A DNA stretch of 64,000 nucleotides from Mytilus edulis (lineage: Eukaryota): the NCBI RefSeq assembly GCF_963676685.1, contig NC_092347.1, positions 63,736,001 through 63,800,000 on the forward strand. Reading direction: 5' to 3'. Positions 52,111 to 64,000 of this stretch are shown here, piece after piece. The notes under the pieces were generated by a model, which was not told the origin of the DNA, ran no database searches, and saw only the letters and a list, made by a program, of their open reading frames with translations. Numbering within the stretch: the first letter of the stretch is position 1; every line of letters begins with the position of its first letter. A program made the translations under genes and the position numbers.

Positions 52111-55100
52111 TTATATCAAAATATTTATAAAGTCAAACAAGTACAAAGTTGAAGAGCATTGAGGATCCAAAATTCCAAAAAGTTGTGCCAAGAAAACCGA
52201 CTTAATAGACGTGTTACATTTGAGGAATGTGTATATTGTGTACTAAAAACAGTAGTCACAGAAGGAGATTGAGCTATCTAAAAAGCAGATTTTACCTTCC
52301 AACCTATTTGGAAATGCCTGTACTAAGTCTGGAATACGCCAGTCAATGTTTACTTTGATTGACAGTGCTTCATTTTGCCAGTCTTAAAGAAATTTTTTAA
52401 TTTTCCTTTGAGTTTGGTATTTTATTTTTATCTTTCATCCAAAATACTAGTAGCTTTTTATGATTGAATGTGTTGGAGTTTTTAGGGAATAATGAACAAT
52501 TTTCTTCCTATAATTTGCATTTTCTTAGCCTTGTGATAGTCTCGTGACCTCTTCCTTTAATAACACTGTATAAGTAGGTCACACCTTAACAGCGTTTCGT
52601 ATTTAGGTTCAATCAACGATGGGTTACCACACCATGTCATGATAGCTATGTTTAGTGGTGTCATACTGAATTTATGGTATTTCAATACGTCTAAATGAAA
52701 CTATGAAATGAAAAGATAAACTGCAATGAAATAGTCACCTCGAATGAAAGGGCATATCAAAAGTTCACCTGACTGGGTTTTTTTTTAATGAAAATGTAAC
52801 TATTTTCCAGAAAGAAACAATAGGACAAGATTGAACACTATAAATGTGAGAAATGTCATCCGTGTTATCAACAAGAAGAGATTGATGGTTGATTACGGAC
52901 TTTCCGTTTTAAATTTTTCGCGGAGTTCGGTATTTTTGGTGTTTTACCTTTCTTCTATAGCGAACATCTACCTCCTTGTCCCTTCGTGTTCCAGTCAAAA
53001 CAAACGATTTCAAGCTAAGTTTTCTGGTCTTCTAACAAAGTACAATTACTTGTGCGTGCTGTTATTTTTTCAAACAAGGAGCGATGTTTTAATGCAGGGT
53101 TATATTATCTGATCAACGTTACTTAAGATTAATGTACAGAAAATGGGATATGTCACAGATTTGGTATAATTTTGAATACCAATTAAGCTCGTTAAACTAT
53201 GAATGAAAATAGAAAAAAAACAAGACATTTACCTATTTTTTTCTGGAATATTACCGAATGAAATCTTTTAAAAATAGGTAAACATAAAAATAGAAGGCCC
53301 ATAAAATCGGTAAAAAAGTTTTATATTTGTCTCGAATCATCAAGTCAGACTCAAATATCAACCACATCACATAACGTCGATTCAAGTGTATCGTCATTAT
53401 GTTGTTAAAATTCCCCCGTCCTAAAAAAAAGTCGTTGACACTACCAATATTTTACATCAAAACTGTCTGTTCAATTTCGGTTAAAAGTAATTTATTTTTA
53501 TAAAAACTATATCAAATGATATTGGGTATCCATCCGTGAAACAAAATCAATACATGCTCAGAGAAAAGGGCAAAGGCACAGTCCTTGTAATGCTTTTCCC
53601 AATTGCAAAGTCTCATTGAGGCACTCTTTTTAAAAGAATCATTCCGTTGTAGCAAAGGATATAACCAGTAACGAGATTCTATATATGTCGATGCCACCTA
53701 TGGTTGAGGTTCTCAAGGAGGTTGTCAAAACATTTCGGAATGTTTGATACAACTTGGAATTTTTCTTGTTTTCGTTTTGTTTTTATTTAGTTTCTGAACT
53801 CTAACAGCACTGACTTGTTTTATGTAGACGAAACAGGCGTCTGGGGTACATCGTTTTAATATGATATCGATAATGATTGTATTTGAAACAGATACATGAC
53901 AAGCGTTTCACAATTTCAACACTAAACTCTATTTGTTTCTAAATTTCAAATGAAGTGCATGTTATAGGTATTAACCTTACGGCCTTAAATACGCCTTTTA
54001 GACATGAAAAATATGAATGATTTCAATTGTGAAAACTGCTGGCCTAATTTATAACCAAAAAATAAGGGCAAACAAATTGAGAGGTATGAACCACCAAAAT
54101 CCACTGAACTGAAGACTTAGGATAGGCTCATAAAGCATGTGCCATAACAACAACATAACAACAGACTATGGAATCAGTTGAAAAGGCCTTAACCCATTAA
54201 ACAAATCAATATAAATCAAGAAAACATTTACTTTTTACCAAACTCACAAACTGAACGTGACAGGGTATAGATTCATCAACCACAATACAGAACACACAAA
54301 GTACAGATCGGCGAGTACTTGCAACTTCTGACAATACAAAAACACCAATAACAACAAAGTTTTTTATGTATATTAGACTCAATTATCAACTAGTTCACAG
54401 CCACCATTCAACATTCAATGGATTTAATGTAAAAACGTCATTGACAGTCGGAAAAGATATGGCTTTGTACATTGCATACATATAGGTATAGCAAAAATGA
54501 TACCATTAATGAAACATATATAAACCTTTCGTCTATAATCTAACATACCAATAGCCAACGTCAGTGAAGGCCCTCAATTAATTTCCAATGTATTTATACC
54601 TTTAAAAACGCCATTGCCAGAATACGAGAAACATTAGATATTTTTTTTAGCATCAAGGTTTTAAAACATTTTTTGTTCTCTGAATATAAAACTCAAGCAT
54701 ATGACAAAGAAATAAAAATATAAAATAAAAATGAGACAAGAATGAATACATAAACAACCAAGACATTGTTGCTACCTTTTGACAGTCATATATAAACGAC
54801 AAAGTCTAAACTAGTAAATATTCATTCCTTACTAGTCTTTGATAGTAGGATGACAGTCACATTTCCTGGACCATTAAATCAAATAATGGAGATTACTGCA
54901 ACCCTCAATATCATTTCGATTATGAAATTTTTGCTTTTAAGTCAATATATTATACAATACCAATTGCATTTTATTTCAAATAAATGCAAGAGATATATTT
55001 TTCATTCCGACTTTGTATTGAATTAATCAACGACGTAGTGAAACACGTGTCCGTTATATAACTTGAATATAGTTGGTGTACTAGAAACCTGGTTTGATTC

Positions 55101-56904
55101 ATAATTTGGACAAAAACGTTAATTTGGTATTACATAAATCACGTGACAATGAATCTGTTGTACTGGTTTATTAAAGTTTTCCTCCCATAGTTCAAAATAG
55201 TCAAGTTAAGTATTACGTGATCGTCACGCACAATTTTTAGATAAAAGTTGGAATCACAACAGATGTACACATAGATCTCACCCTGTTAGTACGTATCACG
55301 GTTTTACAGAAAAGCGACTAGGTAAGTCCCATCAAACAATTATTTCATATTAGCAGATGTTGACAATTGGCCAAATTTCGACACATTTATGTTAAAAAGG
55401 GCAAGTTGACATACAAACATTTTATCATTATCAATTGTTTCTTTTATAGAATATCAAAAATAAATGAAAATATGGGAGATATGTAAATTATATAGCATCC
55501 TTACAATGCAAAACAAAAATACATCAAAATACGATCCGCAAATTAAGCTCCTCAATGCTCTTCAACTTCGTACTTTAGTAGCCTTAAAAAAAGACTTAGA
55601 ATTAAGCGACACTGGTGAGTCTTAAGAAGACATATCGCGCGTCACGCTTATAAAATGTTAGTCCTGCTATCCATGATGAGTATTGTCTATATCATTTTGA
55701 TTTAGCACGGCATAACTCTAGACTTTTTGGGGAATCTTTAGTGGAGCATTGAAAACTCTGGGATCAAAACTAAAACTTTATAAATCAATATAATTTATAG
55801 TAATTTCTTAACTGTGCCGCTGAAATGAACGGGTATTTTACCATTAACATTGTTTGGGGTTAAACCAGTGCGATTTAAGGACTAAACCATTCTCTTTTTA
55901 TCTCGACTTGTTAGTACATGAAACCATGTTTAGAAAATCGTACAAATAATTCATGTCAGTGCTTAATTTTGTATTAAATGACGTCACTAGCAAAACAATA
56001 TGTATTGATACCTTATCATAATCTTCGAACAAGACATCCAGGTATACACCTTGAAATGTAAAAATAAACAACTTGAAAGTTGCAGTAAACATTAACGAAA
56101 TTTTTACACATTTTTTCTCCCTTTTTTAGAATTAATAAGCATAGGTCGAATATAACCCTTACATGATACATCTACACTTTTCCAGTGAAAGCAAGTATCA
56201 ATTAAGATACTGCCATAAATCTAAAATCTAGTTGACATTAGAGGAATCCAGTGTCAATTGATTGATTGATTGTTGGTTGCTTATTATTTAGAGGCAAACA
56301 TTTCATGCATATTTAGGGAAAAAAACAATAAATACAATAGATAGGTCCTGAAATACAGGCCGTCCGGGGTGCAGGACGGGGATTTTTGGACTGCCACTGG
56401 AATACAAAGCTACACTGTATATAAAAGAGAGACAGAAATTGTGCCTTGAAACAGGACACTTACTGACCAATCAAACAAGTGTAGCAAGTTGAGCATGGCA
56501 CTCTCTTTACAAAAGACATCAGATAAGAAGTCCCCATTCTGACCGGACTAGTGCATCCTTCACAGCAAGACGTCCACCGCACTTTAGAGAGTTTCACTGT
56601 TTCACTATCCCTTATTGACCTTTGGTTTTCAGCAATTTATACATTTGACATACACCAGAACGATAGAAGTATTGCATCACCCTGCATCACCCTGCTAGCA
56701 ATCACATGACTGAAATGTCAAAGCTAACATAGACAGATATGTTGACTTTTGTTTTATATGTATGTCTGTCTGTCTGTATTACATTGACACTCTAGATTCG
56801 GTTGTACTATATCAAAAGGCAGCTTTTTAGTAGACAGCATTTAGTTCACGTCAAAGCACAAAATAGTTCTAAGTCTATATTATTTTTATTTAATTCACAG
56901 TAAA

Positions 56905-59900
56905 ATGAAGATCCTTCTACTAGTTGGATTGTGCATATCAACAGCTTTATGCCAGTTTCAACTGACAAGACAAAGCTATACAACATTTCCTTCTACTTCT
57001 GGAGGCACACCATCATTATTCAGCAATGCTGCTCACCAGGCATCTTATGACCCACAGGAACGAATACTTTACGTATTAGGTAAGTTGTTACTGCAATTGT
57101 ACTATGAATTATTATATTATAGACCTCAGACATTCCAGCACCGACTGCGTTTGGAATATATGTTTCCAAGCAGATACAAAATTTCAGACCGTCAGTTTTT
57201 CTCTCATGGTTTCCGGGATGTTTGCAATGGTAAAGCTAAAGTCAATACTTCGCAATATTTACAAACGCAATCAAAACTTTTGAGTAACCGGAAGGGAATA
57301 TATATGACCGCGGTCTTAATAACAAACCCGTCTCTTTTTCGTGATCGTACTAAATCTGAACGCCAATTATCACCGATTGTCAACTTGTCATGCGGAATAT
57401 GACAGGTTCCAGGTGGAACCGCAATTGATTTCCCTTCCGCAGCTCCTGGGTTCTCCATCAGTTATGAGTGGGGATAGTGTTGCCTTAGGTTCATGTTTAA
57501 TGTTTAATTGTCTTTTTTTTCTTTTTGAACAAGGTATTCTCTGTTTTTCTTTGAGTTTGTAAGTATCCCTTTGATATCTCTGAGCTCTACCCATTTTGGC
57601 ATAGTCCTCAAGTACATTTTTTAAATATATTATACAAAGATTTTGGTTAATGCCAATCAAATATCTTTTTTGGTTAAATATATCTATAAAAACATAATAT
57701 CGCTAAGTATTGGATCAATGTCTAAAATATAATCTTAGCTTTTAATCGTATGTCACCCATTCGCCCTTAAACGCTACCAATATGTTATGTTAAATAAAAT
57801 ACCTAAAAGGATTAGAACAGATAATTTGCTCCAGATGCAATGGACGTGATAAGAAGCAATTTTTTTTATATATAACATGCGGAACAGATGATAGGAACTA
57901 TCAACTCATCAAAATCGTACAGCTTTATGATTAAATATCTTATTATATCAAAGGGTACTTTCAATTACATTTTTTACATATCTCAGGCATATTTTCCCGT
58001 AACTTTTTTTCTCATATGGGGGTTAACATTGCAATATGCCTAAATAAACTTAATGCACAAATATCCTTTAAAAAATTATGCACACAAAGGGAAAAGGGTT
58101 TGTGTTCAATTTTTCCTCTAAATACTCCAGTCTGTCTGCAAGACCAATGATAGGCGTCGGTCGTTTTCCTTAGTAAAAATATACGCTATCACGTTTTTTG
58201 AAGTGTAGACATTGTACTGAATTGCCTCATTTTGGGATGACGTCTTATTATATGCCTGCATTTGGACAAATTCTACGGTGTCCTTCGAAAACTGGTTCAA
58301 AGCAAAACCCTGCTCTAACAAACCCTTCATTTGATTTTTCTATTTTGTAAAGTTTCTCTTCTCTTTTTCGATCGACTTATCTTGAAAACCTTTCCTACTG
58401 GATTAATTCTATAATAAGCTTTTCGACCGATATATGCATGAAATAAGCAAACAATAATCATTTAATCAGTTAATATGATTATATTTGTCTTTTGTATTGA
58501 TTGATTCAAAGTTTAGAAGTTCTGAACACATACATATTAAACTATGAACAGCAAATTGTCAAAATTTTATTATAGAGAAAAATATTTATTTATTGAAAAA
58601 TTAGAGTAAAATTTAACAATTGCACACCTTTTTCATATTGTAAACGCGTATCGGCCTAGATTATTCTGATGTGTATTCCAAATCTACGACGTACATTCAG
58701 CAAAAGATGCTTTCACCCTTTTACAAAACGTGCGGTTGTGTGTGCTTTAAAGAAAAAAACACTTTCCGTTTTGACTTTTCGTTGGAGTTGATATTTTGCT
58801 ATTTTACTTTTTATCGGGTCCCTACAACAAATATTTTGATCTATCATAACAAAGATATTGGTTTTATTTGAACAAATTATGATAAAAAATGTTTTGTTAA
58901 AGAACTTGAAATTCACAGCAAAACTCGGAATCCAAAATATACCATTACATCTTTTCTGGTGGAGGAGATTTTTGAAAAACCAAATTGGTTTTTCTCTTTT
59001 ATGGTATTTTCATTACAAAGAGTAATGACTATAACCTTAAAAACTGAAACTTTACAAAAGCCTTCTTAAGAACGACGTAAAAATAGAATGTCAAAATATT
59101 CTACTTTACATATTTCTAAACATTTTATCCCAATTCTTTCTACTGTTAATGATGACATTCGATGGCCAGATCTTTAGATATCTGAATAGTCATCTATTCT
59201 GTAGTTTTTCTGATCGTGTCCTATTCCCGATTATTTAAGGAATAAATGTAATATTTTTTCTGTCTATGAAGAAATAACATCAAAAATGTGGTGCACACTG
59301 AATAAACCGCGCAGCGGGTTATTTAAAGTGTGCACCACATTTTTTTATGTTATTTCGAATAGGCAGAAAAAATATAACAGTTATTTCTTATAATTTAATT
59401 CCTAAATCCATTTTAAATCGGAGAAAATCAGGAAGAAACGTCGAAGACGTCAAGGTCACATGACAAAATTATGTCTATGATAAACAAAACGACGTCAGCC
59501 AATCAGAAGACGCGTTACATCCAAAATTAAATTATTACATTTTAAATTAATGTAGAATTACATGGCGGGTGATGGATGTAAATCATAAGACCCTTACCCT
59601 TTCGACGCAGCAGGTCTCGTTGCTTTTTGTGGTTATCCCTCGGTGTTTGTTTGTAACCTTGATTTGTTTGTCTATTCAATTAATTAGATTTGTACATCGG
59701 TGAACTACGATGACCTTAATTTGGATCGCTCTAACTACTGTATTTTAGAAATTATTGCGTGCATTTATTATTGCGGTTTTGTCATTTTAGACTAAAATGC
59801 GGTTTTTAATTTTTACGATATTGAGTAAAATCCTGTTTAATTTATTTTAAAAATTTCAAAATGCGATTTTAAATTATTGCGATAATAAACCTGTTGCATT

Positions 59901-61680
59901 TTTCGCAATAATAAAAATATCACGATAATTTCTGAATTTACAGTTATTTAAAGAGAACTTAAAAAAAGTGTTTTTGTCATTTTATTTCAGGTGCTCAACT
60001 CGCAATAAATCGACCACGCCTTCTTCATATTGTTGATATGTTCAACCCAGCGGCTCCATCTATTCTACTCACACATTCAATTGATTCATCCTTATATGGT
60101 CGAGCTAATGATGTTCAAGTTTGTGGTGACACCGTTGCAGTAAGCGTAGGCTCTCCAGTGCCTACTAAAGAAGGATACGTGATTATGTTTACCACATTCA
60201 GACGTGGTAATACACAGTTAGTGAGTGTTGGAGTTGAACCTGGTAAGCTGACAATACGTTATATTAAACAGGGCAGATTATGGGAAAATATTACAGAATA
60301 GGTTACCAAGGTTGTTTCTATCATATAAACTAGGTACTTGTCAACCCAGTTCAATTGATCTTCTTTTAATCCTAGTTAATCATCGATTAGTTTAGTCAGT
60401 TTGTGCAAGTGAAAGTAGCACATCATCAAGTTATCCAGTTAAACTATTCAGTTAAAGTATATGATATTTCTAATAAACTTTCAATCAATTGAACTCTTAA
60501 GTTTCATACACCTCAGTTTCTTTCTGTATCACATAAGTGATGGATTGAATTCATCACTATAGTTTAATTAAAACAATTGACCAAATTTTATTGTGATCTG
60601 TAGGAATTTCAAACGAGTCAAAAGTAAAGTCACAAAAATACTGAACTTCGATGAAAATTTAAAACAGAAAGACCCTAATCATATGGCAAAATCAAATGAT
60701 AAAACACAGCAAACGAATTGACAACAACTGTCATATTCCTGACTTGGTACAGGCATTTTCAAGTGTAGAAAATGGTGGATTGAACTTGGTTTTATAGCGC
60801 TAAACTTCTCACGTGTACAAATGATTAATTATATTTTAACAATACAATGAATTCAATTGATCCCTGGATTTCAATTAACTAAATTTTGTCTTTTGAATGA
60901 CCACAAGCAATTGAGAACAGCGAAATTCTTAGCATTATAGTGACGGTCATACAACGATCAAATGCAATATTAAGCTAGATTTAACACCAGGTTTTATAGA
61001 GTTTTCTTTTTTTTAATATACCTTGTATCTTGATATTTTTGTTTATACTTTTTTGAATCATTCAAGGCTCTGTCATGGTTTGAAAAACAAGTCAAAATAC
61101 ATTTTTAAATCAGCTTATGAAATTCCTCCCTCAATTAATTCGATTTGAGTCTTGATGCGAAACGATTCTAAGAATTCAATTGATCTATGCTGTACAACAG
61201 ATACATTTGACTAGCTTGACCTAGGATCTGTCGGAGCATCTGCTAATGATTTAGTGAGGTATTTTAAGATAGTTTGTATGTACTTATTCCTTGAGAAAGG
61301 TGCTTTTATCATCTCTGATAAACTTAGAATATTGGAAAAGATCAAGCCTCAAAAGAATTTTTTCTACATAAGAAAATGTCTGTACCAAGTCAGGAATATG
61401 ACATTTGTTTTTATTCGTTTGGTGTGTTTGAGCTTTAGATTTTGGCATTTGATCAAGCCTTATATTATAATTCATATTTATTTTTAATTTTAGTTGGCGT
61501 TGACCCAAAAGGAATGGCATTTACTACTGACTGTCAGAAGCTTGTCATTGCGAATGAAGGTCGGGGTGGACTCGATGGGTCATTCATAGATCCACCAGGC
61601 TCTGTGTCTATTTTGCTAAGGAATGACCTTGGATCTCCAGCACATGTCAACATTAATTTCCAATCTTTCCTAGAAAATAG
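56905..61680 (+). CDS. MSP130-like / choice-of-anchor I domain secreted protein, paralogue D (first 3 coding exons; the rest presumably lies beyond the right edge)
   Basis: Exons 56905-57079, 59991-60242 and 61494-61680, GT-AG, phases 1,1,2. Starts MKILLLVGLCISTALC. GRANDVQVCGDTVAVS and GVDPKGMAFTTDCQKLVIANEGRG are very close to paralogue C. No exon 4 was seen before 64000. Confidence 0.85.
59237..59535. repeat. Hairpin-plus-tail dispersed element
   Basis: A ~150-bp palindrome at 59237-59389 plus a tail. A decayed, interrupted relative lies at 50277-50380 and 50700-50895. Confidence 0.65.
59736..59944. mobile_element. MITE-like element with tactgta..tacagt termini
   Basis: tactgtattttagaaattattgcg..cacgataatttctgaatttacagt imperfect TIRs with internal aaattattgcg sub-repeats. 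It ends 46 bp before exon 2 of paralogue D. Confidence 0.55.
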
Positions 61681-64000
61681 GTAGATTTCTTTTATATCTT
61701 TCGGAGTTTAGTTTGAAGTCCGTTGTCACTGAACTATTACATATAATTGTTTTGGGGGCAAACTGAAGCACGCTTTCAGGTGCGGGATTATTTCGCTGTT
61801 TTGAAGACCCATTGGTGGCCTTTGGCTGTTTTCTGCCCTTTGGTCGGGTTGTTGCCTCTTTGATACATTCCCAATTTCCATTCTTAATTTTTGATGAATA
61901 GCAAAAAACGTATAACATTGTCATTCAAGAATCCAATAAAACTAAAAATTCAATTACTGCTCCAGTTTTCTTTGCAGTTTCGGAAAACATACATTGTTTG
62001 CTTATACGAGTATGGTACTGTGCATTTTTGGTTTTTATAGTACAAACAGTTGTCCTATTCTTCTTGAATCAGCTCTTCCAAAAACTTTACGTTGATACTC
62101 TTTTTGTCAAATAAACAGCACAAGAAAACACAATAAATCCCCTTCAGATGCCGTATATCTAGTTTTCCCCGGTGGGTTGACAAAATAAGCAGAATAAATT
62201 TCACACTTTGAATAATTTTCGCTGAATTGGAACATACAATCGAAAAAAAATATTGTAGTGTATTAACATTTACATGTTAATAGCATAAACTTGATTGACG
62301 GACTGAATATCGCTAACAAATTATAAGCCTGGTACCTTTGATAACTAAGTACAAGTACTACAAACTAACTAAAATACACCTTATTTGAAGAATGTTCAAG
62401 ACAAAGTAATTTTCCTGCTCTAAATATTTTTTTTATCATTTGATGGTGACAACAAAACAGAACATGTTAAAACATATTTATGCAAATATCCGTGTTAATA
62501 TGAGTTATTTTTATATATTTTACATAAAACGGAAATGTTGGGGGATTTAATAACAATATATCATCATAAGTTAACATTTCCGAACATGTCACCAATTACT
62601 GTAAGTGCTGTCAAAAGGTTTGACATGTATGATTAGCAAATTTAATTATATATTATGAAAACGAAATCTTGATTAACTAATATGCACATTTTTTTGTATC
62701 TGCAAATATTCACAAAAGACTGATTTGTTTTTATAATAATCGATAAATAACAGTAAAGCGGTTGAAACGGTTGAACAGCGATACATTTTAAAATAAACAG
62801 GGAAATTTACGCGGGTGTAAATTTTGGGGTCTTTTCATGCTGCGAACAAAGCGAAAATTAAACACAGACAAATAAACCGATGTTAGCTGTACAATATAAA
62901 TAACAATGAATAAAAAAATCCTAGCTTATTTAACAGTTGATGTTCATATACCAAGTATATTTAACATTGTATGATCTGTAGTTTTACCGTTTATGTCATA
63001 TTCCCGATTGTGACATTCAATCGAAAATTGTACAAACAACAAAACGAGGTGGTTTTCTTCGATTGTGACATCACCAAATGGAACCATTCGCCTATTTTGT
63101 ACGTGCATTAGCAAAAAACGGTTTCAGCATGAGTTTCAAGATATTCTCGCTTTTCTGTTTTAGTCCTGAGTTCATCTCCGCTTTTTGTAAGGTTTGTGCT
63201 GGTCTTTCTTTACTTTTTTATAAAGTGTTTTGTAGATTTGTTTTTGGTTTTCTGCTGTTATTTTGACACGGCGTTATCGGTTTGTCTTCGACTTCTGATT
63301 TTTTTTTAACTGAATAAGGACACCCATTTTGGGTAGTGCATGCAAAGCATGGAATGATAACCTGTTGACACATCCGGTTGAAGATCATACATTTCCATTA
63401 GTTTTTAATATGTATGTAATATACATTATATAATGCTCAAGCTGTTTACGTACAAGATTTCAGATTGAGAGAATGGGCATCTCTTGACACATATAAAATG
63501 ACTTTCATTTGCCAGCAAAGTGTTCATATTATTATTGGTAGACCTTTTATTGGTCAACAGCAAGTGGTAAGTGCTTCGGTACTGATATGATTTATAACAT
63601 ACCTTTCTTACCTGTAAAGTGTATAAATAAGAAATCTTTTTTTTTTCTTTTTTTTTTTGAAATTATAATGTTTTATTTGAATTTTACATTTGTTAGAGAT
63701 ACATGAAGTACCGGTACCTTATCCCGGCCTCGTTAACGTTAGTATATAGCATTTCATTGATAAGTTAGTACTTGTTAGTGCACAATATATATATAATATA
63801 TATATATATAGTAATAATGACATGTATGTAACGGAATAGAAATATGATAACATGATGTATTATAAAATCTAATTTATGAAATTAATTTAATTTTTGAATA
63901 AGAAATCTTTAGCGACTAACGGAAACAACTCACCAGGGAATGTTCACCTTATATGGGGTTTTATTACAGTTTTTTCCGTCTCTTTTGTTCACAAAGCTTA

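Noticed and set aside
57080-57660. Extension of the 165-aa ORF 56905-57402 and neighbouring ORFs
   Set aside because: Paralogue similarity ends at the GTAAG donor at 57080. The rest is intron with a decayed retroelement tail.
985-61680. Bacterial alkaline-phosphatase-like genes as contamination
   Set aside because: The genes are split by canonical spliceosomal introns with conserved phases and are embedded in animal repeats.
61681-64000. Exon 4 of paralogue D
   Set aside because: No GVR..DLEPE-encoding segment was found. The distance to the window edge is compatible with a long intron, so truncation cannot be claimed.

Overview
AT-rich, intron-containing animal genomic DNA. It is probably from a bivalve mollusc (mussel-like), inferred from the gene and repeat families. 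The main feature is a cluster of four paralogous genes for secreted MSP130-like (mesenchyme-specific cell surface glycoprotein / choice-of-anchor I domain) proteins in a divergent layout: A (minus, partial) and B (minus, complete, 10 coding exons, 558 aa) face away from C (plus, complete, 10 coding exons, 562 aa) and D (plus, partial). All exons were rebuilt by hand from GT-AG sites and share intron phases. The paralogues keep the family scaffold but appear to have replaced several usually conserved acidic residues, and the two complete ones lack a GPI tail. Between B and C is a 3-exon secreted C1q-domain gene with a one-base frameshift in an A7 run. The non-coding DNA holds two families of minimal type I hammerhead ribozymes (four copies with intact cores, at least five decayed), Penelope-like reverse transcriptase fragments, nested TIR and foldback elements, and a 39-bp minisatellite just upstream of gene C's first coding exon. 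No prokaryotic features, rRNA, tRNA or CRISPR array were found.
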